Below are positions 1-10,006 of a stretch of 64,000 bases of DNA, one piece after another. The stretch is from positions 25,293 to 89,292 of the forward strand of contig JBGVFH010000071.1 in assembly GCA_045120955.1 (NCBI GenBank), read 5' to 3'. The stretch is from Eubacteriales bacterium (GTDB taxonomy: Bacteria > Bacillota > Clostridia > Oscillospirales > CAG-272). The notes under the pieces were generated by a model. The model saw nothing but the letters and a program-made list of their open reading frames with translations, searched no databases and had not been told where the DNA came from. Both the position numbers and the translations under genes were made by a program. Every line of letters begins with the position of its first letter. The first letter of the stretch is position 1.

Positions 1-385
1 TCTCGACACGGACCCCGGAAAGGTGCGTGCAAAGGCTTACGACTTGGTGCTTAACGGCGTTGAGCTACTCTCGGGCTCTATCCGCATTACGGACTATGAG
101 CTTCAGGAAAAAATGTTTGACTGCTTAGGTCTGACAAAAGAGGAGATCGACTCTAAGTTCGGCTTCCTTGTTGATGCATATAAATTCGGTGCACCTCCTC
201 ACGGCGGCGCAGGTATAGGACTTGACAGACTTGCAATGCTGCTGTGCGGTGCAGAGTCTCTGCGTGATGTCATAGCTTTCCCGAAGGTGCAGAACGCAAG
301 CGAGCTTATGTCGGGATGCCCTGCTCCTCAGGAACAGAAGGCTCTTGATGAACTCGGTATCGCTGTTGTAGCAAGCGAGGAGTAA
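1..385 (+). CDS. aspS: aspartyl-tRNA synthetase, C-terminal fragment (gene starts upstream of the window)
   Basis: Class II aaRS motif 3 (GAPPHGGAGIGLDRLAMLLCG...AFPK) at the C-terminus; the ORF is open to the window edge. Confidence 0.75.
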   Translation, partial: LDTDPGKVRAKAYDLVLNGVELLSGSIRITDYELQEKMFDCLGLTKEEIDSKFGFLVDAYKFGAPPHGGAGIGLDRLAMLLCGAESLRDVIAFPKVQNASELMSGCPAPQEQKALDELGIAVVASEE

Positions 386-443
386 AGAATAATTCACATA
401 TAGCCGCACACCCGTGCGGCTATATATTTAAGAGACGGTCAAA

Positions 444-1358
444 ATGAAAAACACAACTACACTTGAGCCCTCAGGTGTGCTTGTAGTAAACAAGCACGCA
501 GGGGTAACGAGCCACGATATAGTAAACAAGGTACGACGCCTTTATAAGACGAAAAGAGTAGGGCACGCAGGAACGCTCGACCCCATGGCGACCGGAGTGT
601 TGGTCGTCCTTGTCGGCAGAGCGGCAAAAGCGAGTGAGTATGCGCATACATCCGACAAAAGCTACCGTGCTACTCTCAAGCTTGGTCTTGTCAGTGACAC
701 AGAGGATATAACAGGGAACTGTGCGCCGACTCATGCTCCCGTCCCGGATGAGCAGACGGTAATTGATGCCTGTCGCTCCATGCTCGGTAAAAGTATGCAG
801 ACCCCTCCCATGTACTCAGCTATAAAACATGGCGGAAAAAAGCTCTACGAGCTTGCACGTGAGGGTAAGACAGTAGAGCGTGAGGCGAGAGAGATCGAGG
901 TTTATTCTATTGATGCACAGAAAATAACTGATGACGAGTATGTTATAGATACAAAAGTCTCAAAGGGCACCTATATACGCACACTTTGCACGAATATAGG
1001 GGAGAAGTGCGGCTGCGGTGCCGTTATGGCGAGCCTTGAGAGAACGAACGCAGGCGGCTTTGACATTTCTGAGTCTCACACGCTCGAGGAGCTGGAGACG
1101 CTCGAGCTTGATGCGCTGACAGCTCTGCTTTATCCGACGGAGAGGCTGTTTTCTCACTATCCGATAGTAACGCTCGGAGATTTTTTCTACAAGCTGTGCT
1201 ACTCGGGCTGTGAGATATATCAAAAAAAGATAGGCACACATTATGATGTCGGTCAGTATGTGCGCCTGTATTCAAAGGACGGTTTTTTTGCCCTTGGTAT
1301 AGTCAAAGAATACGAAGAGGGAAGTGCCGTCAAGTGCGATAAGATATTTGTGCTTTGA
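444..1358 (+). CDS. truB: tRNA pseudouridine(55) synthase TruB
   Basis: HAGTLDPMATGVLVVLVG catalytic-Asp motif; C-terminal PUA-like region; length about 300 aa. Confidence 0.85.
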   Translation: MKNTTTLEPSGVLVVNKHAGVTSHDIVNKVRRLYKTKRVGHAGTLDPMATGVLVVLVGRAAKASEYAHTSDKSYRATLKLGLVSDTEDITGNCAPTHAPVPDEQTVIDACRSMLGKSMQTPPMYSAIKHGGKKLYELAREGKTVEREAREIEVYSIDAQKITDDEYVIDTKVSKGTYIRTLCTNIGEKCGCGAVMASLERTNAGGFDISESHTLEELETLELDALTALLYPTERLFSHYPIVTLGDFFYKLCYSGCEIYQKKIGTHYDVGQYVRLYSKDGFFALGIVKEYEEGSAVKCDKIFVL

Positions 1359-1451
1359 GCGCTGCGGCAGACCCAACAGCGGTGTTGCTCGTGGGTGCCA
1401 TGGCGGGACCATGGTGCTACTCGGGCGAGCACACAATAAGGAAACAAGCTA

Positions 1452-2246
1452 ATGCAAATAAAACATGAAAACGGTGTGGTCTACTACACAAGCGATAAAA
1501 TAAAAGTTCCCCATGCTTTTGCAACAAGACTCGGCGGCGTAAGCAAAGCACCGCATACCTCCACACTTAACCTCGCCTACGGCAGAGGGGACGATGAGGA
1601 AACTATAAAGGCGAATTTGCGCCGTTTTGCCGAGGCTGTCGGCTTTGCTCCCGAGAGCGTTTGCTCTCTGCCGCAGATACATTCAAGCAAGGTAATATAT
1701 GTGAGCCGTGATATGTGCGGACAAGGATATTTTACTCCGCCGAGCACCCAATGCGACGGCTACGTTACGCACGAGCGTGGTGTTACTTTGGGAGTAAAGA
1801 CAGCCGACTGCGTGCCGATACTGCTCGCAGATGAAAAGAACGGAGTGATAGCCGCACTTCATGCCGGTTGGCGCGGAACTTTTTCTGATATATGTGGGGA
1901 AGGCGTACGGCAAATGTGCGTGCATGGAGCGAAAAAAGAGAGTATCGTGGCGGTGATAGGTCCGTCAATATGCAAAAAATGTTATGAAGTGGGGCGAGAT
2001 GTCTACGATGCCGCAATATCATGCATAGGCGAGGATGCGCTGCGCTTTTTTGAAGAAAAGAGCGAGTCGGGCAAGTATCTCGTCGATATAAAAGGAGCTA
2101 ACCGATACCTTCTCGAGCGTGCGGGCGTGAATTGCCGGAACATAGAAATACTCCCTTTATGCACATATGAGCATCCGGAGCTTTTCTGGTCTCACAGATA
2201 TACAAAAGGAGAGCGAGGCACGATGATGAGTGTGATAACGCTGTAA
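1452..2246 (+). CDS. pgeF: YfiH/PgeF family (DUF152, laccase-domain) purine nucleoside/peptidoglycan-editing enzyme
   Basis: HAGWRGT motif with conserved Cys/His pattern (ICKKCYEVG); about 260 aa. Confidence 0.75.
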   Translation: MQIKHENGVVYYTSDKIKVPHAFATRLGGVSKAPHTSTLNLAYGRGDDEETIKANLRRFAEAVGFAPESVCSLPQIHSSKVIYVSRDMCGQGYFTPPSTQCDGYVTHERGVTLGVKTADCVPILLADEKNGVIAALHAGWRGTFSDICGEGVRQMCVHGAKKESIVAVIGPSICKKCYEVGRDVYDAAISCIGEDALRFFEEKSESGKYLVDIKGANRYLLERAGVNCRNIEILPLCTYEHPELFWSHRYTKGERGTMMSVITL

Positions 2247-2258
2247 AGGAGTAACAAA

Positions 2259-2870
2259 ATGGACATTCACGAAAAAATGCACAACGGTATGCTTTATAAT
2301 GACCAAGGAGACCCCGATCTGCTTGCTGAGCAGAGAGCCTGCCTTGAAAAGCTATACGATTTTAACGCAACTCGCCCCTCCGAGCAGGAAAAACGCAGAC
2401 AACTGCTCTGTGAAATGTTTGCCGAGCTAGGCGAGGGATGCTATATAGAGCCTCCGCTTCACGCAAATTGGGGCGGAAGACACGTACATTTCGGAAGAAA
2501 TGTGTATGCAAATTTCAGCCTTACCTTAGTGGATGATACGCATATATATGTAGGGGACAATACACTCATAGGACCGAACGTCACCATAGCCACCGCAGGT
2601 CACCCCGTAGACCCTGAATTACGTGCTATACCCACACAGTTTAATATGCCCGTACATATAGGCAAAAACTGTTGGATCGGTGCAGGAGCTGTAATTTTAC
2701 CCGGTGTCAGTATCGGAGATAATACCGTCATAGGTGCGGGCAGTATCGTCACAAAGGACATCCCCTCAAATGTTGTAGCTGTAGGCAATCCTTGCCGTGT
2801 CCTTCGTGAGATCGGCGAGCACGACAAAAAATACTATTACCGCAACCGTTCGGTAGAGGGGAATATATGA
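2259..2870 (+). CDS. maa: maltose/galactoside O-acetyltransferase (left-handed beta-helix hexapeptide repeats)
   Basis: N-terminal Mac domain (MLYNDQGDPDLLAEQRACLEKLYDFN) followed by hexapeptide repeats; close match to Maa/LacA family. Confidence 0.8.
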   Translation: MDIHEKMHNGMLYNDQGDPDLLAEQRACLEKLYDFNATRPSEQEKRRQLLCEMFAELGEGCYIEPPLHANWGGRHVHFGRNVYANFSLTLVDDTHIYVGDNTLIGPNVTIATAGHPVDPELRAIPTQFNMPVHIGKNCWIGAGAVILPGVSIGDNTVIGAGSIVTKDIPSNVVAVGNPCRVLREIGEHDKKYYYRNRSVEGNI

Positions 2871-2995
2871 TGGGAATGTCGGCAAGTCACTATGTTTTGC
2901 TCTTAATACATTGCAGTGTTTGCACGTATGTGCGCCGTCCTTTGTAATGGATGCCGCAGGCGAATTTTGCAACGCTTTTAAAACTATAAAACGAA

Positions 2996-3035
2996 ATATG
3001 CCGTGCTCCTTTTTTGGGAGCACGGCATATTTTAA
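2996..3035. terminator. bidirectional rho-independent terminator between convergent maa and pckG
   Basis: Perfect 14-bp stem atatgccgtgctcc/ggagcacggcatat with a tttttttg loop, flanked by T/A-rich runs on both strands. Confidence 0.7.
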
Positions 3036-3041
3036 TAAAAC

Positions 3042-4823
3042 TTATTTAGAAAGTCTTGCTTCAAGTGCGGAGAGCTCTTCGTAAAGCTCAGCGGGAACTC
3101 TGTCACCTACGAGTGAGTAGAATTCCTTGATATTTGCAATATCCTCGAGCCATGACTTGTTGTCTACTGTGAGAAGCTCACGGATAGTGTCAACCGTGAT
3201 ACCGTCAAGACCGTCGATGTCAATGTCCTCAGCCTTCGGAACAAAGCCGATAGGAGTCTCAACTGCGTCAACCTTGCCTTCGCATCTGTCAAGGATCCAG
3301 AGAAGAACACGCATATTGTCACCGAATCCGGGCCAGATGAAGTTGCCTTCATCGTCGGTACGGAACCAGTTAACGTGGAAGATCTTGGGAGCGTTCGGGA
3401 TAGAAGCCTCCATGTTGAGCCAATGCTTCCAATAGTCACCCATGTTGTAACCTACGAACGGACGCATTGCCATCGGGTCACGGCGAACAACACCTACTGC
3501 GCCTGTAGCTGCAGCTGTTGTCTCAGAAGCCATGATAGAGCCGACAAACGTACCGTTTCTCCAGCTTGTTGACTGGTAAACAAGGGGAGCGGTCTTAGCA
3601 CGGCGTCCGCCGAAGATGATAGCTGATACGGGAACACCTGTGAGTGAGTTGAATTCGGAAGAGATGCAGGGGCAGTTGATAGCCTTAGCTGTGAAACGAG
3701 AGTTGGGATGAGCGCCGCAAGTGCTCTTGTCAGCCTTGTTGTACTTAGTGTAATCCCAAGGATTGCCCTTCCAGTCGATAGCGTTTGCGGGAGGATTCTT
3801 GTCAAGACCTTCCCACCAAACTGTGTTGTTCTCTGTGTTATGAACAACGTTTGTAAAGATAGTGTCCTTCTGGCAGGTGTGAAGTGCGTTGGGGTTTGAC
3901 TTTTCGTTTGTACCGGGAGCAACACCGAAGAAACCGTTTTCGGGGTTTACAGCCCACAGTCTGCCGTCCTTGCCGACACGAAGCCATGCGATGTCGTCAC
4001 CTACGCACCATACCTTGTATCCGAGGTCTCTGTACTTTTTCGGAGGAATGAGCATTGCGAGGTTTGTCTTTCCGCAAGCAGAGGGGAAAGCAGCCGTAAC
4101 ATACTTGATATCGCCGTTAGGATATTCAACGCCGAGGATGAGCATATGCTCAGCCATCCAGCCTTCCTTGCGGCCGAGGTAAGAAGCGATACGGAGAGCA
4201 AAGCACTTCTTTCCGAGAAGAACGTTTCCGCCGTAACCGGAGTTAACGCTCCAGATGGTGTTGTCTTCGGGGAAGTGGCAGATATATCTGTTCTCTTCAT
4301 CGAGCTGTGCCTTTGCATGAAGACCCTTGATGAAGTTGTCGGAGTCGCCGAGAGCTTCGAGTACGTTTGTACCTACGCGAGTCATGATGAGCATGTTGAG
4401 TACAACATAGATAGAGTCGGTAAGCTCAATACCGTATTTAGCAAAATCAGAGCCTACAACGCCCATGGAGTAGGGAATAACATACATTGTTTTGCCCTTC
4501 ATGGAGCCCTTGTGAAGCTTTGAAAGCTTTTCGTAGCATTCCTTGGGGTCCATCCAGTTGTTGATGTTGCCTGCATCCTCTTTTTTGGAAGTGCAGATGA
4601 ATGTTCTGCCCTCAACTCTTGCTACGTCGTTTACGGCTGTTCTGTGAAGGTAACAGCCGGGAAGAAGATCCTGGTTGAGCTTTATCATTTCGCCTGTTGA
4701 ACAAGCCTCTGCGCGAAGCGCCTCAGCCTGCTCTTCGCTTCCGTCTATCCAGACGATTTTTTCGGGTTGTGTCATGGCCGACATTTCGTCGATCCATGCT
4801 TTGACAAACTTGTTTTCTGTCAT
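3042..4823 (-). CDS. pckG: phosphoenolpyruvate carboxykinase (GTP)
   Basis: 593 aa; GTP-PEPCK P-loop (FPSACGKTNLAML) and kinase-1a motifs. Confidence 0.9.
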   Translation of the reverse strand: MTENKFVKAWIDEMSAMTQPEKIVWIDGSEEQAEALRAEACSTGEMIKLNQDLLPGCYLHRTAVNDVARVEGRTFICTSKKEDAGNINNWMDPKECYEKLSKLHKGSMKGKTMYVIPYSMGVVGSDFAKYGIELTDSIYVVLNMLIMTRVGTNVLEALGDSDNFIKGLHAKAQLDEENRYICHFPEDNTIWSVNSGYGGNVLLGKKCFALRIASYLGRKEGWMAEHMLILGVEYPNGDIKYVTAAFPSACGKTNLAMLIPPKKYRDLGYKVWCVGDDIAWLRVGKDGRLWAVNPENGFFGVAPGTNEKSNPNALHTCQKDTIFTNVVHNTENNTVWWEGLDKNPPANAIDWKGNPWDYTKYNKADKSTCGAHPNSRFTAKAINCPCISSEFNSLTGVPVSAIIFGGRRAKTAPLVYQSTSWRNGTFVGSIMASETTAAATGAVGVVRRDPMAMRPFVGYNMGDYWKHWLNMEASIPNAPKIFHVNWFRTDDEGNFIWPGFGDNMRVLLWILDRCEGKVDAVETPIGFVPKAEDIDIDGLDGITVDTIRELLTVDNKSWLEDIANIKEFYSLVGDRVPAELYEELSALEARLSK

Positions 4824-5168
4824 GTTTGGTACCTCCGGGTTGTTTTTGTTTATTTATTTTTTAAAAAACTAACTGTTGGCTCTGATATGATTTTTGCAAT
4901 CTGCAGAGCAGGAAAAGCAAACAAAAAATGCAAATTTCTTTTCGCAGTTCAACTTTCCCCAAATGTCATTATACTATCGTTTTGTCAAATTTGCAAGATG
5001 TTTTTTTGAAAAATTCAAACTTTAATAAAAATTTAACGAAATTTTCATAAAACAGCTCAGCAAAAATAAAAATATGTTCTTTTGTGAGAAATCATGCGAA
5101 AAAATTCTGCCCCCGCAAAAAAGAGCATCCCTGTCGTTTTGATAACAGAGATGCCCTGAAAATCCGTT

Positions 5169-5660
5169 TTATTCCTCCGCTGAGCTTTGTGCTTGATTTG
5201 CCGATTTTTCCTTTTCTTTGAGCTTTTTGCTTCTTTCGCTTGCCGCTGTGATGCTTTTTGCCAAAGCAGAAAATGCCCTGCGCAATACGTAAGCAAGAAG
5301 TACAAACACAGCGTAAATAAGGCAAAATACGACCATTACGGAAAATCTGCCGCTCCCGCTCTGACCAAGTCCGAATACTCTCAGAAAGATTATGTAGAAT
5401 GCCGCCATGACTCCGATAAAATGTATCGGCAGACGTGCGGCAAGCGGAATTTTCTTTGCTGTGAGAAGATTGTTGAGTGCTCCCGTAATAAAGGAAAAGA
5501 GCAGTATCCACGGATAATTTGAGAGCGGTATTGACTTTGTCTGAGTGAGATTTTCTCCGTCTACAAACACCGAAAGCGCTCCCATGAGCACGAACACCGT
5601 GAGCGTGAAAACGAGCGCCGTTGAATAAACGATCTTTTTTGTGATATCAAAAATTTTCAT
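5169..5660 (-). CDS. hypothetical 4-TM membrane protein with Lys/Glu-rich C-terminal tail
   Basis: Four hydrophobic helices; no recognised motif. Confidence 0.45.
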   Translation of the reverse strand: MKIFDITKKIVYSTALVFTLTVFVLMGALSVFVDGENLTQTKSIPLSNYPWILLFSFITGALNNLLTAKKIPLAARLPIHFIGVMAAFYIIFLRVFGLGQSGSGRFSVMVVFCLIYAVFVLLAYVLRRAFSALAKSITAASERSKKLKEKEKSANQAQSSAEE

Positions 5661-5794
5661 ATATATCCTCGCATATAATAAAACACTTTATTTTTTAATA
5701 ATATCACACAAAGACATTTTTTGCAAGGCAATATGATAATTTTTACAAACATGATATACAATGCTGCCGTTGATGCATAAAAAGCAAGTCTCTG

Positions 5795-6895
5795 TCAGTC
5801 GGGAGAATTGTTCGGTGTGATGGTACGCTTTGAATATTTTTCGTTGCTTTTTGAGTACACCTCTGCTTTGTTTTTTGACAAAAAGGCTGTGAGGGCATAC
5901 ATATCCAGCCAAATCTGATTTGTGCCGTCCTTTTGCGACTCGTCGAATATTATCTGAAGTCCGAAGTGAAGATGCGGTGTGTCAATGTTGTTCGTGTCCT
6001 CTTTTGCGCTGTAGCCTGTCATGCCGAGATATCCTATCACTTCACCCGCATCGACTGTTTTGCCGACGTACATATCGTTGTACGGATGTCCCTTTCTCAT
6101 GTGGGCATAATACCAATATCTTTTGTTGTCAAACGAGCGTATGCCGACCCTCCAGCCCCCGTACTGATTCCAACCGCAAGCCACGACCGTACCTGCTTCT
6201 ACAGCCACGATCGGAGTGCCTACCGAGCCGAGCAGGTCATGACCGAGATGTTTTCGCTTGTACCCGTATGATCTGCTGTTGCCGAAATCATCGTAGTGGC
6301 GGTAGTAATATCCCGACGCTATGGGAGAAAAGAGCATCAGTCCGTATTTTTGCTCCTCGTTTGCAAGGGTGCCGTCATCGTTGTAGCTCCACTCCTTGTG
6401 ATCCCCGACAAAGCCGCCGAAAATGGCTTGATATACCTCCTTGTAATACGAAAGCAGCTTTGCGTTTTTACATATGTCCTGTTCGCTTTCGCCGTTTTGC
6501 AGTCTGGTGCAGAGCTTTTCTATATCGCCTTTTTTGTAGTTTTCATAGTTTCCGCCTTTTACGGCAGAGTAAAGCGACAGCAGCCGCACGAGCGTGATAC
6601 TGCCGTCAGAGTCGTTTTTGTTTTTTATATCCAGCTTGAGTGCTTCTTCCATAGCCTCGTCGCATACCGTCAGCTCCGCCCATTTTATATAATCCTTTTT
6701 TTGCTCCTCCCCCTCGCTTTCGCTTGCGTCGGCAAAGATATTGCTGCGGTCGAAAGCCAACGCACACGCAATACACAAAAGCAGTAGAGAAGCGGTAATT
6801 TTTAAAATTTTGTTTTTCAAGTTGTGAGCACCTCGTACGTATTTTTGTTTTTGAGTTTTTGCTCTTTTATATTTTGTGCACGCCGTGTTTTGCAT
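5795..6895 (-). CDS. M23 family metallopeptidase (peptidoglycan endopeptidase), membrane-anchored
   Basis: N-terminal TM/signal; C-terminal M23 motifs HxxxD (HLGHD) and HLHF. Confidence 0.8.
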   Translation of the reverse strand: MQNTACTKYKRAKTQKQKYVRGAHNLKNKILKITASLLLLCIACALAFDRSNIFADASESEGEEQKKDYIKWAELTVCDEAMEEALKLDIKNKNDSDGSITLVRLLSLYSAVKGGNYENYKKGDIEKLCTRLQNGESEQDICKNAKLLSYYKEVYQAIFGGFVGDHKEWSYNDDGTLANEEQKYGLMLFSPIASGYYYRHYDDFGNSRSYGYKRKHLGHDLLGSVGTPIVAVEAGTVVACGWNQYGGWRVGIRSFDNKRYWYYAHMRKGHPYNDMYVGKTVDAGEVIGYLGMTGYSAKEDTNNIDTPHLHFGLQIIFDESQKDGTNQIWLDMYALTAFLSKNKAEVYSKSNEKYSKRTITPNNSPD

Positions 6896-6941
6896 ATTCT
6901 TTTAAATCGTTATCGTACAGCAAAATAAAGTTGACAATTAC

Positions 6942-6970
6942 GGAAATATTATATATAATAATATAGTTAG
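6942..6970 (+). promoter_or_regulatory. sigma-70-type promoter upstream of the nusB operon
   Basis: TTGACA, 17 nt spacer, TATAAT; about 90 nt upstream of the nusB start. Confidence 0.55.
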
Positions 6971-7061
6971 ATAAAATAGCATAACTTTGCAATTTTTAAA
7001 AAAGCAAATGTTCAAAAATGACAGCGTATGAAAGGAGCCGCATAGGCGGCAGGAGAAGAAA

Positions 7062-7469
7062 ATGCTTAACAGACGTGAATCGAGAGAAGCGGTATTTTGC
7101 ATGGTATATGAGCTTGATTTTAACAAGGAGTGCGATATTGACACTCTCTTTGAAAATGCAATAGAAGAACGCTCTATTGAGAATAACGGTTACATAAAGG
7201 AGACTTTTTACGGTGTAGCGGGCAAGCTTGGCGAGATCGACGAAATGATAAAAAACAAGAGTGAGGGCTGGAACATCGATCGTATATCAAAGGTCAGTAT
7301 GGCGGCGATGCGCCTGTGCACATATGAGATCATGTACACGGACATTCCCTATAACATTGCGATAAACGAGGCACTTGAAATAGTGAAAAAGTTTGACGAT
7401 GTAAAGGCAAAGGGCTTCGTAAACGGAATACTCAACTCTGTTGCACAAGAGCTTGGAAAAAATGAATAA
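7062..7469 (+). CDS. nusB: transcription antitermination factor NusB
   Basis: 135 aa; NusB family N-terminus (RESREAVFCMVYELDF). Confidence 0.85.
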   Translation: MLNRRESREAVFCMVYELDFNKECDIDTLFENAIEERSIENNGYIKETFYGVAGKLGEIDEMIKNKSEGWNIDRISKVSMAAMRLCTYEIMYTDIPYNIAINEALEIVKKFDDVKAKGFVNGILNSVAQELGKNE

Positions 7470-8433
7470 AAACAAGATCGTGCTCGGAATAGACACCAGC
7501 AACTACACAACGTCTCTTTGCGTGACGGGAACAGACGGCAAGGTGCAAAAGAACATCAAGCTGCCGCTCGCGGTAAAGGAGGGCGAGGTGGGACTTCGCC
7601 AGTCTGATGCGGTGTTTTCTCATACGAAAAATCTTCCGTCGGCATTTCTTTTGGCAGACGGACTTATCAAAGACTCGGAGCTTGTTGCGGTTGGTGTGAG
7701 CGAACGCCCGAGAGATGTTGCGGGCTCGTATATGCCGTGCTTTTTGTGCGGTGTTGCCGCCGCCACGGCGATAAGCGAGAGTACGGGGGTAGCTCTGTAT
7801 ACCTGCTCTCATCAGGCGGGGCATGTTGCGGCGGCAATGTATTCGTCCGGTATGCTCCAAAAATATGACGGAGGGCGATTTATCGCTTTTCATGTGTCGG
7901 GCGGAACTACAGAGATGCTGCTGTGTCAAAAGAGTACAGAAGGGATATCTGCAGAGATCATCGGACAGACAAAGGACCTCAACGCAGGTCAAGCGGTAGA
8001 CAGATGCGGTGTCATGCTGAATATGAAGTTTCCCTGCGGTCCGTCTCTTGAACGCTCGGCGCTCGAGTTTTATGAAAGGGGCGGAGCGCTCTCCGGCTTC
8101 GGCGTGAGCGTAAAAGACTGCGACTGCTGTTTGTCGGGCGTGGAAAATCTCGCACGCAAGGCGTATGCAGACACCTCGGATGCGGGGTACGTTTCGGCGT
8201 TTGTGCTTGAATATATCGCAAAAACACTTGTAAAAATGAGCGAGGCGGCACAGAGAAAATACGGGGAGATGCCGATGCTTTACGCAGGGGGCGTTATGAG
8301 CAACAGCATAATAAAAGAAAGAATACGGCGAAAGTACCCCTGCGCATATTTTGCCGCTCCCGAGTTTTCCTCGGACAATGCGGCGGGAGTTTCGCTGCTT
8401 GCGCTCGAAAAATATCTGAGTGATAATATTTGA
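7462..8433 (+). CDS. Kae1/TsaD (Gcp)-family ASKHA protein, divergent; start may be 7441
   Basis: GIDTS N-terminus, H-x-x-G-H metal motif (SHQAGHV), C-terminal GGVxxN...DNAA pattern typical of TsaD/Kae1. Confidence 0.5.
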   Translation: MNKNKIVLGIDTSNYTTSLCVTGTDGKVQKNIKLPLAVKEGEVGLRQSDAVFSHTKNLPSAFLLADGLIKDSELVAVGVSERPRDVAGSYMPCFLCGVAAATAISESTGVALYTCSHQAGHVAAAMYSSGMLQKYDGGRFIAFHVSGGTTEMLLCQKSTEGISAEIIGQTKDLNAGQAVDRCGVMLNMKFPCGPSLERSALEFYERGGALSGFGVSVKDCDCCLSGVENLARKAYADTSDAGYVSAFVLEYIAKTLVKMSEAAQRKYGEMPMLYAGGVMSNSIIKERIRRKYPCAYFAAPEFSSDNAAGVSLLALEKYLSDNI

Positions 8434-8470
8434 GTGCGGAGAAAAATAAGAACAGAGAGCGGGTGATGGC

Positions 8471-9715
8471 TTGAACGAGCAGATGAAAATTGAAGACGGC
8501 GGCGCTCAGAGCCGCAATATTATCAGTGTCAGTGCGCTCAATGACTATATAAAGGGCAGACTTGAGTCTGACAGATTTTTGTATGATATATATCTCCGAG
8601 GGGAGATATCGAATTTCACAAACCACTATAAAACGGGACATTTCTACTTTTCTATAAAGGACGAGACGAGCGTTATCAAGGCGGTCATGTTCAAGGGCTA
8701 TGCGTCGAAGCTCAGGTTCATACCCGAGAACGGCATGAAGATAATAGCTCACGGGCGCATCGGTGCTTATGTGAGGGACGGACAGTATCAGATATACTGC
8801 GACGATATAGAGCCGGACGGGGTCGGGTCGCTGTACGTAGCATACGAACAGTTAAAGCGCAAGCTTGAGGCTGAGGGGCTTTTTTCTCCCGAGAGAAAAA
8901 AGCCGCTGCCGAAGATACCGTCGAGAATAGGTGTCATCACCTCGCCGACGGGTGCGGCTGTAAGAGATATAATAAATATTCTCGGCAGAAGATTTCCGTA
9001 TGCGCAGATGGTGCTCTATCCCGCCCTTGTTCAAGGGGCTGAGGCGGCACCCAGCCTGATAAGCGGAATGCGCCATTTTAAAAAGAGAGCGGATGTGGAT
9101 GTTATAATTATCGGGCGCGGAGGCGGCTCTATTGAGGATCTGTGGGCGTTTAACGACGAAACGCTCGCACGAGAGATAGCATCCTCGCCTATCCCCGTAA
9201 TATCCGCTGTAGGACATGAGACTGATTTTACCATATGCGATTTTGCCGCAGACAGACGTGCGCCAACACCGTCTGCCGCCGCAGAGCTTGCGGTTCCGGA
9301 TACAAAGGACCTTATGCGCAGGATATCGAACGTGACCGACAGATGCGAGTATCTTTTGTCTTCTGCCGTTGCGCAGAGAAAAAAGTATCTTGATGCCATA
9401 GCTACAAGACCTGTGCTGAAAAATCCGGAGAGATATATTGACGAGCGGCGCATGGATCTTTTGAGTGTTGACGAGCGCATGACAAGAGCGATGACTGATA
9501 TGAAAAAAAGCAAGGAGAGCTCTTTTACGCTCCTTGCGGCAAAGCTCAACGCACTCAGCCCTCTCTCGGTATTGACAAGAGGCTACAGCTTCGTATCCGA
9601 CGGAGAAGGAAAAGTGCTGAAAAACGCACACGGGCTGAATGTCGGGCAGAAAGTACGCATAAGCTTTGCCGACGGTGAAGCAGGGTGCAGAGTGGAAGAT
9701 ATAAAAACGAAATAA
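8471..9715 (+). CDS. xseA: exodeoxyribonuclease VII large subunit
   Basis: OB-fold N-terminus plus catalytic core; length and motifs of XseA. Confidence 0.85.
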   Translation: MNEQMKIEDGGAQSRNIISVSALNDYIKGRLESDRFLYDIYLRGEISNFTNHYKTGHFYFSIKDETSVIKAVMFKGYASKLRFIPENGMKIIAHGRIGAYVRDGQYQIYCDDIEPDGVGSLYVAYEQLKRKLEAEGLFSPERKKPLPKIPSRIGVITSPTGAAVRDIINILGRRFPYAQMVLYPALVQGAEAAPSLISGMRHFKKRADVDVIIIGRGGGSIEDLWAFNDETLAREIASSPIPVISAVGHETDFTICDFAADRRAPTPSAAAELAVPDTKDLMRRISNVTDRCEYLLSSAVAQRKKYLDAIATRPVLKNPERYIDERRMDLLSVDERMTRAMTDMKKSKESSFTLLAAKLNALSPLSVLTRGYSFVSDGEGKVLKNAHGLNVGQKVRISFADGEAGCRVEDIKTK

Positions 9716-9733
9716 TGATAACGGAGAACAAAC

Positions 9734-9982
9734 ATGAACAGCAAGACAGAAGATATGAGCTTTGAGGCGGCACTTGCGAGACTTGAGAGTATAGTTCGTA
9801 TGCTTGAGAGCGGTAACGCTCCGCTCGATGAGTCGCTTTCGGTTTTCGAAGAAGGTATAAGCCTTGTTAAAATGTGCAACGAAAAGCTTGAGGCGGCAGA
9901 GCAGAAGATAAAGATACTGACAAAGGGCGAGGGCGTGGAGCTTGTCGAAGAGGATTTTAAGCCTGCCGATATAAAAGGATAA
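9734..9982 (+). CDS. xseB: exodeoxyribonuclease VII small subunit
   Basis: 82 aa; FEAALARLESIVRMLESGNAPLDESL signature; directly follows xseA. Confidence 0.85.
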   Translation: MNSKTEDMSFEAALARLESIVRMLESGNAPLDESLSVFEEGISLVKMCNEKLEAAEQKIKILTKGEGVELVEEDFKPADIKG

Positions 9983-10006
9983 CTGTTTTTCTTTGGAGAG
10001 TACGGT

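Noticed and set aside
1359-1451. GC-rich 93-nt spacer between truB and pgeF with CCATGG…CCATGG inverted elements, considered as a small RNA or riboswitch
   Set aside because: Only short, imperfect stems and no match to any riboswitch class I can recognise. It is probably just an intergenic spacer or weak attenuator.
5920-6597. 225-aa and 112-aa plus-strand ORFs
   Set aside because: They are antisense to the M23 peptidase gene and Cys/Arg-rich with no motifs. They are shadow ORFs.
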